Shown piece by piece: positions 60,156 through 64,000 of a DNA stretch of 64,000 nucleotides. Numbering within the stretch: the first letter of the stretch is position 1; each line of letters opens with the position of its first letter. The position numbers were made by a program, and so were the translations under genes. The stretch is from an uncultured Gemmatimonadales bacterium (GTDB taxonomy: Bacteria; Gemmatimonadota; Gemmatimonadetes; Longimicrobiales; RSA9): NCBI GenBank assembly GCA_963783305.1, contig CAWAMW010000017.1:448001-512000 (forward strand). Reading direction: 5' to 3'. The notes beneath the pieces are model-generated. The model searched no databases, had not been told where the DNA came from, and saw only the letters and a program-made list of their open reading frames with translations.

Positions 60156-61181
60156 TCACCTGCCTCCGGGGAGGAATACATATCCCTGTGCCACCTCGTC
60201 GAAGCGGTACCCCACCGGCAGAATCTCCAGGCTCATGCCGGGCGTGGACAGCTCCTCCACCGCGTCCTGCACGTCCGCGATCTCCCCGCGGATCCGGGTA
60301 CCGCCCGGCTCCTTCAGCGCTCTACGGAGCGGCCGGTGGAGCCGCGTGCCCCGGTATGTCGGCAGCTGCTGCATGCCGTCCGCGGACGAGCCCATGTCGG
60401 GCAGGATCGTCCGGGTCCGGCTCCCGGACCGCCGCCGCAGGAGCTCGCCGAGCCACTCCACGCGCACCGGGTCACCGCCGCCGGAGCGGATCTCGCCGTA
60501 CGTGCCCTGCAGCGCCTGGTAGCCGTCTACGAACGCGAGCACGCGGGCATCCGGCATGATGGAGAACAGCTCGCGGTCCAGCCGGTCCAGCATCTGCGGG
60601 GCGCGCCGAGCGAAGATCTCGCCAATGTCGCGGGGCGCCACCCCCTCCGGCGGCGGCCAGTCCTCGACGCCGGCCGCGATGATCCGGATCCGCTGCGACG
60701 CGTTCAGCCCCTGGTTGGCCTCCCGCACCGCCTGATAGATGCGGAGATACTCCCGGGCCTGCCCTTGCTGCTCCTGCACCGCGGCCGGCCTCGACAGCAG
60801 CATGGAAGCGTCATCCTTGGTGGCCCCCAGGTACGCGTCAATGTAGCGCTGCTCCGATGCCGGCACCTCCAGCAGGACGGCGTCCAGACGCTGCTCCCGC
60901 GACAGACGCTCGATCGCCTGCGCCGCCATTCGCTTCGGGGCGGCCTTCCCCGCCACATCTCCCAGGATCACGATCTGCGCGCCCCGGGCCACCTGCTCTA
61001 CGAGTAACCCCGGCTCGACCGCCTGCTCCTGCAGCCGTTCGATGACCGGGGTGAACTCGCTCGCGGCACCCGAGTCCAGTACGAGCGCCGCCCCCGCCAC
61101 GACGATGAGTACGACCAGCGCCACCGCGCCGCCGCGGCGCCACGACAGCGGCTGAAGCATCCATCGGTTTCGTGGAGACAT
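60156..61181 (-). CDS. Hypothetical protein with N-terminal membrane anchor
   Basis: Long protein-like ORF with an N-terminal TM segment. Confidence 0.75.
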   Translation of the reverse strand: MSPRNRWMLQPLSWRRGGAVALVVLIVVAGAALVLDSGAASEFTPVIERLQEQAVEPGLLVEQVARGAQIVILGDVAGKAAPKRMAAQAIERLSREQRLDAVLLEVPASEQRYIDAYLGATKDDASMLLSRPAAVQEQQGQAREYLRIYQAVREANQGLNASQRIRIIAAGVEDWPPPEGVAPRDIGEIFARRAPQMLDRLDRELFSIMPDARVLAFVDGYQALQGTYGEIRSGGGDPVRVEWLGELLRRRSGSRTRTILPDMGSSADGMQQLPTYRGTRLHRPLRRALKEPGGTRIRGEIADVQDAVEELSTPGMSLEILPVGYRFDEVAQGYVFLPGGR

Positions 61182-61296
61182 TGTGCTCAGCAGTCCAGGT
61201 TTTGAGTGTCAGGTGAGCGGGGGGTCACCCCGCAGTCGAAGCGCAGGTGCCCGGCTCCATCGCGACCGCATCCGCAACACCGATACCCGCCCGCGC

Positions 61297-63303
61297 TCAC
61301 CGGCGCCACACATCGTTTCTCGAGTCGACGTCCGGGAAGTACCCGGCCGGGTCGATCTCCACCCGCTCCACCGCCGCGCCCTCCGGCAGTGTGATCGAAA
61401 CCCGATCCGCACCTTCCAGCCACCGTTCCACGGGGATCCTGCGCTCCAGGACCTCCCCGTCCTCACGCGTGATCCGAAGGAGGACTGGCATGGGGATCCA
61501 GCCGCGATCCGCGATGGTCACCCGGGTCTCGCCGGACGGCAGGCGCTCCACCGCCTCCACCGCCTGGTCCAGGTACCAGTCGCCTTCCTCGGAGCTCTCG
61601 TAGTACCAGGACTGCCAGAACCAACCCAGATCTTCGCCGGTGATGTCCTCGAAGGTGTTGAACAGGTCCCACGGGTACGGGTGTTTGAATGCCCACCGAT
61701 CGTAGAACGCCCGCAGGGCGCGATCGAACTCCGCCTCGCCCAGCACGCCGCGGAGCGCGTGCAGCACCGAAGAGGGCTTCGAGTACGAGGCCACCCCATA
61801 CGCGGAGCCCGGACGATGGAAGTCCGACCAGCGCATGATCGGCCCCTCCTGCCCGCTCCGGACTGCCGCCACGTACCCGCTCTGCTCCCCCGGCCAGGGA
61901 TCGTCGCGGCCCTCGAAGAACTCAACGCGCGCGTTGCTCTCGTTGAACGACGTCGTCCCCTCGTCGAGCCACGCGTAGCGCCGCTCGTTCGTGCTGAGCA
62001 TCATGGGAATCCACATGTGCGCGAGCTCGTGCGCGATCACGTTGTACAGCGCGTCGGCTCCCGCTCGATTGTAGTTCCCGATGAGCGTCATCATGGGGAA
62101 CTCCATCCCCCCCCCGATGATCCCACCCCCCTCCACCACGCTCATGTGCGGCCACGCGTAGGGAAGGCCGGTATAGCGGGAGAGGAAGTCGATGGAGTGC
62201 TGGGCGTAGCGCCAGGCCTGATCGTAGTTGCGCGCGTGCTCGCGCCAGAAGGCGTCCACACGCGTATAGTCGGTCTCGCCGTCCCCATCGCGGTCGCCCA
62301 CCGGAGTGCGCGCCGCGTCCCACGCGTGGTTCTTCATCACGGCGAACGCCACGTCCCTCACGCTGTCCGCGGCGAAGGTCCACCGGAGCCGACCGTCTTC
62401 CGCCCGCCGCGTCGCGGACCTCGCGCCGGCGTGCGAGACCACATGGACCACATCGTCGCTCGACTCGGCTGCACGCAGTCGTTCCACCACATCCGGCGCC
62501 AGCACCTCAGCCGGGTTCTCCAACTCCCCCGTGCTCATCACCAGCCACCCTTCCGGCGCGTCGACCGTGACACGGTAGCTGCCGAAGTCCGAATAGAACT
62601 CGGCGTTGCCGCGGAACGGCTCGGCGTGCCACCCGATGACATCGTCGAACGTGGCGATCTGAGGATACCAGTAGCCGAGGTAGAGAAGCTCATCCCCGCT
62701 GTACCCCATCCTCCCGCTCATGCCCTCCCGGGGCAGCCGGAACGACCAGTCGAAGGCGAGGTCGAGAGAGCTGTTCGGCTCCAGCGGCTCGGGGAGCACG
62801 ATGAACATGAGCGTCCCCTCCACCGCCCATCCGGGCGTGCTCTGGTCCGTTGCCCTGTTCAGCGCACGGCCACCGACCGCCACCCGGTCCATGGTCATTC
62901 CACCCGTCACCTCCGCCGGACGGACCCGCTCGACCCCCTCCGCGTGGTAGTTCTGCAGCAGATTCACCACGAGCACCGGAAGGCGGTCCGGGGAGTTGTT
63001 GCGGTAGCGGATCGTTTCCGACCCCGACAACGTCTTCGACTCCACGTCCACCCGTGCGCTGATCCGATAGTCCGCCCACTGCTGCCAGTAGTCGCGGCCC
63101 GGCACTCCCTCCCGGCTCCGGGTGTCCGCCCCGATCGCCACCCGGAACTCCGGTGGGGCAACGACCGGCTGCGGCAGCGGACGCTCCGGCCTCGCTGAAG
63201 CCACGGCCTCGGAAGGACTGGGCGCGGCCGGCGGCGCGGCCACGGACCCGCACCCCCCCAGGGTCGCTGCCATCAAGACGACCAGCACACGACGCATCGA
63301 CAT
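61297..63303 (-). CDS. M1-family aminopeptidase (lipoprotein)
   Basis: Lipobox LGGC, YWQQ, GGMEFP, HELAH..WLDEG, YSKP. Confidence 0.93.
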   Translation of the reverse strand: MSMRRVLVVLMAATLGGCGSVAAPPAAPSPSEAVASARPERPLPQPVVAPPEFRVAIGADTRSREGVPGRDYWQQWADYRISARVDVESKTLSGSETIRYRNNSPDRLPVLVVNLLQNYHAEGVERVRPAEVTGGMTMDRVAVGGRALNRATDQSTPGWAVEGTLMFIVLPEPLEPNSSLDLAFDWSFRLPREGMSGRMGYSGDELLYLGYWYPQIATFDDVIGWHAEPFRGNAEFYSDFGSYRVTVDAPEGWLVMSTGELENPAEVLAPDVVERLRAAESSDDVVHVVSHAGARSATRRAEDGRLRWTFAADSVRDVAFAVMKNHAWDAARTPVGDRDGDGETDYTRVDAFWREHARNYDQAWRYAQHSIDFLSRYTGLPYAWPHMSVVEGGGIIGGGMEFPMMTLIGNYNRAGADALYNVIAHELAHMWIPMMLSTNERRYAWLDEGTTSFNESNARVEFFEGRDDPWPGEQSGYVAAVRSGQEGPIMRWSDFHRPGSAYGVASYSKPSSVLHALRGVLGEAEFDRALRAFYDRWAFKHPYPWDLFNTFEDITGEDLGWFWQSWYYESSEEGDWYLDQAVEAVERLPSGETRVTIADRGWIPMPVLLRITREDGEVLERRIPVERWLEGADRVSITLPEGAAVERVEIDPAGYFPDVDSRNDVWRR

Positions 63304-63486
63304 CGGCTCGCTCCTTTTCTGTTCCCGACCTCTCGAACAGGAAACCTCTCCGCCGGCTCGCCACCCCGCAACTGTCACACCGCACCCGCCCGCACGCCGA
63401 CCCCGGCCGCCCCCACAGTTGAATCGCCCCTTCGGATGCGCTATTATTCCATGTTACTTTCCGATCTGCAATTCTCAGGGGGACGA

Positions 63487-63675
63487 ATGGACGAAGTGGC
63501 CAAGGACGCCAAGAGGCTGCTCCTGCGGTACGGCGCGCCGATCTCGGTCGTGGAGCGCCTTCCGGAGGGGGATCGGATCAGCTATGCCCGCTCCGTGGTG
63601 AAGACCACGCTGAGCGAGCGCGGGAAGAAAGTGAAGCAGCTTCTGGCTGATGGCGGCTGGATGGACAAGAAGTAG
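63487..63675 (+). CDS. Small hypothetical protein (62 aa)
   Basis: GGGGGA RBS, high GC3, followed by a terminator. Confidence 0.7.
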   Translation: MDEVAKDAKRLLLRYGAPISVVERLPEGDRISYARSVVKTTLSERGKKVKQLLADGGWMDKK

Positions 63676-63691
63676 GCCTCACCGCTTGACG

Positions 63692-63733
63692 AAAAACGAG
63701 AGACCGCCCGGCGTCGCTGGGCGGTCTCTTTTT
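63692..63733. terminator. Intrinsic, probably bidirectional terminator
   Basis: AAAAA..AGAGACCGCCC-loop-GGGCGGTCTCT-TTTT between convergent genes. Confidence 0.85.
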
Positions 63734-63773
63734 GCATGGACCGCGCTCTCCTGCCGGGAATCGCCGGCTGGTC

Positions 63774-64000
63774 CTAGCGCCCCAGCGGCACCGCCACCCC
63801 TCCCGACAGGGCGAAGCCCGTGTGCCGCGCGTCCAGCGACGGGTCACCCGACTGAATGGAGCGCAGCCCCAGGGTGTAGCGCGCATCAATGTAGAAGGTG
63901 CTCGCCCCCATGAGCAGGTCCAGCGCCGCGCCGATCACCATCCCGTAATCGGTGCTCCGCGCATTGAACCCCTGCTCCGCGGAGTCGTCGCAGGCGCGGG
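63774..64000 (-). CDS. Outer-membrane beta-barrel/porin-family protein, C-terminal fragment
   Basis: Hand translation ..STDYGMVIGAALD..FYIDARYTLGLRSI..GFALSGGVAVPLGR*; start lies beyond the window. Confidence 0.7.
   Translation of the reverse strand, partial: RACDDSAEQGFNARSTDYGMVIGAALDLLMGASTFYIDARYTLGLRSIQSGDPSLDARHTGFALSGGVAVPLGR

Overview
High-GC bacterial chromosomal window. Gene content (PadR plus ADOP-type ABC permease, Oar-like TonB-dependent receptor, BlaI/M56 pair, PorX-like regulator, LPS core cluster) suggests Gemmatimonadota or a related lineage; this is inference only. Layout: a lipolytic cluster and a deletion pseudogene (1-3.3 kb); envelope and transport genes (3.4-15.7 kb); a BlaI/BlaR1 pair divergent from two serine-hydrolase genes lacking catalytic residues (16-19.6 kb); a ~6.4 kb direct-repeat-bounded islet at tRNA-Val with a chemoreceptor and a hybrid kinase sharing one duplicated Cache sensor around a porin (21-27.4 kb); tRNA-Val and tRNA-Glu; an LPS core/lipid A cluster (27.8-41.6 kb); a periplasmic redox operon (41.7-49.6 kb); an ethylene-receptor-like histidine kinase; topoisomerase IB; csoR-copA-copZ; and an M1 aminopeptidase. 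The best candidate for an undescribed system is the redox operon. Its NapA-like subunit has the Mo-ligating Cys replaced by Ser and several other active-site motifs altered. It is encoded with three multiheme cytochromes (18 heme motifs) and an NrfC/NrfD-type module, directly downstream of an ETR1-type sensor kinase. All family assignments are by eye from motifs; no searches were run.
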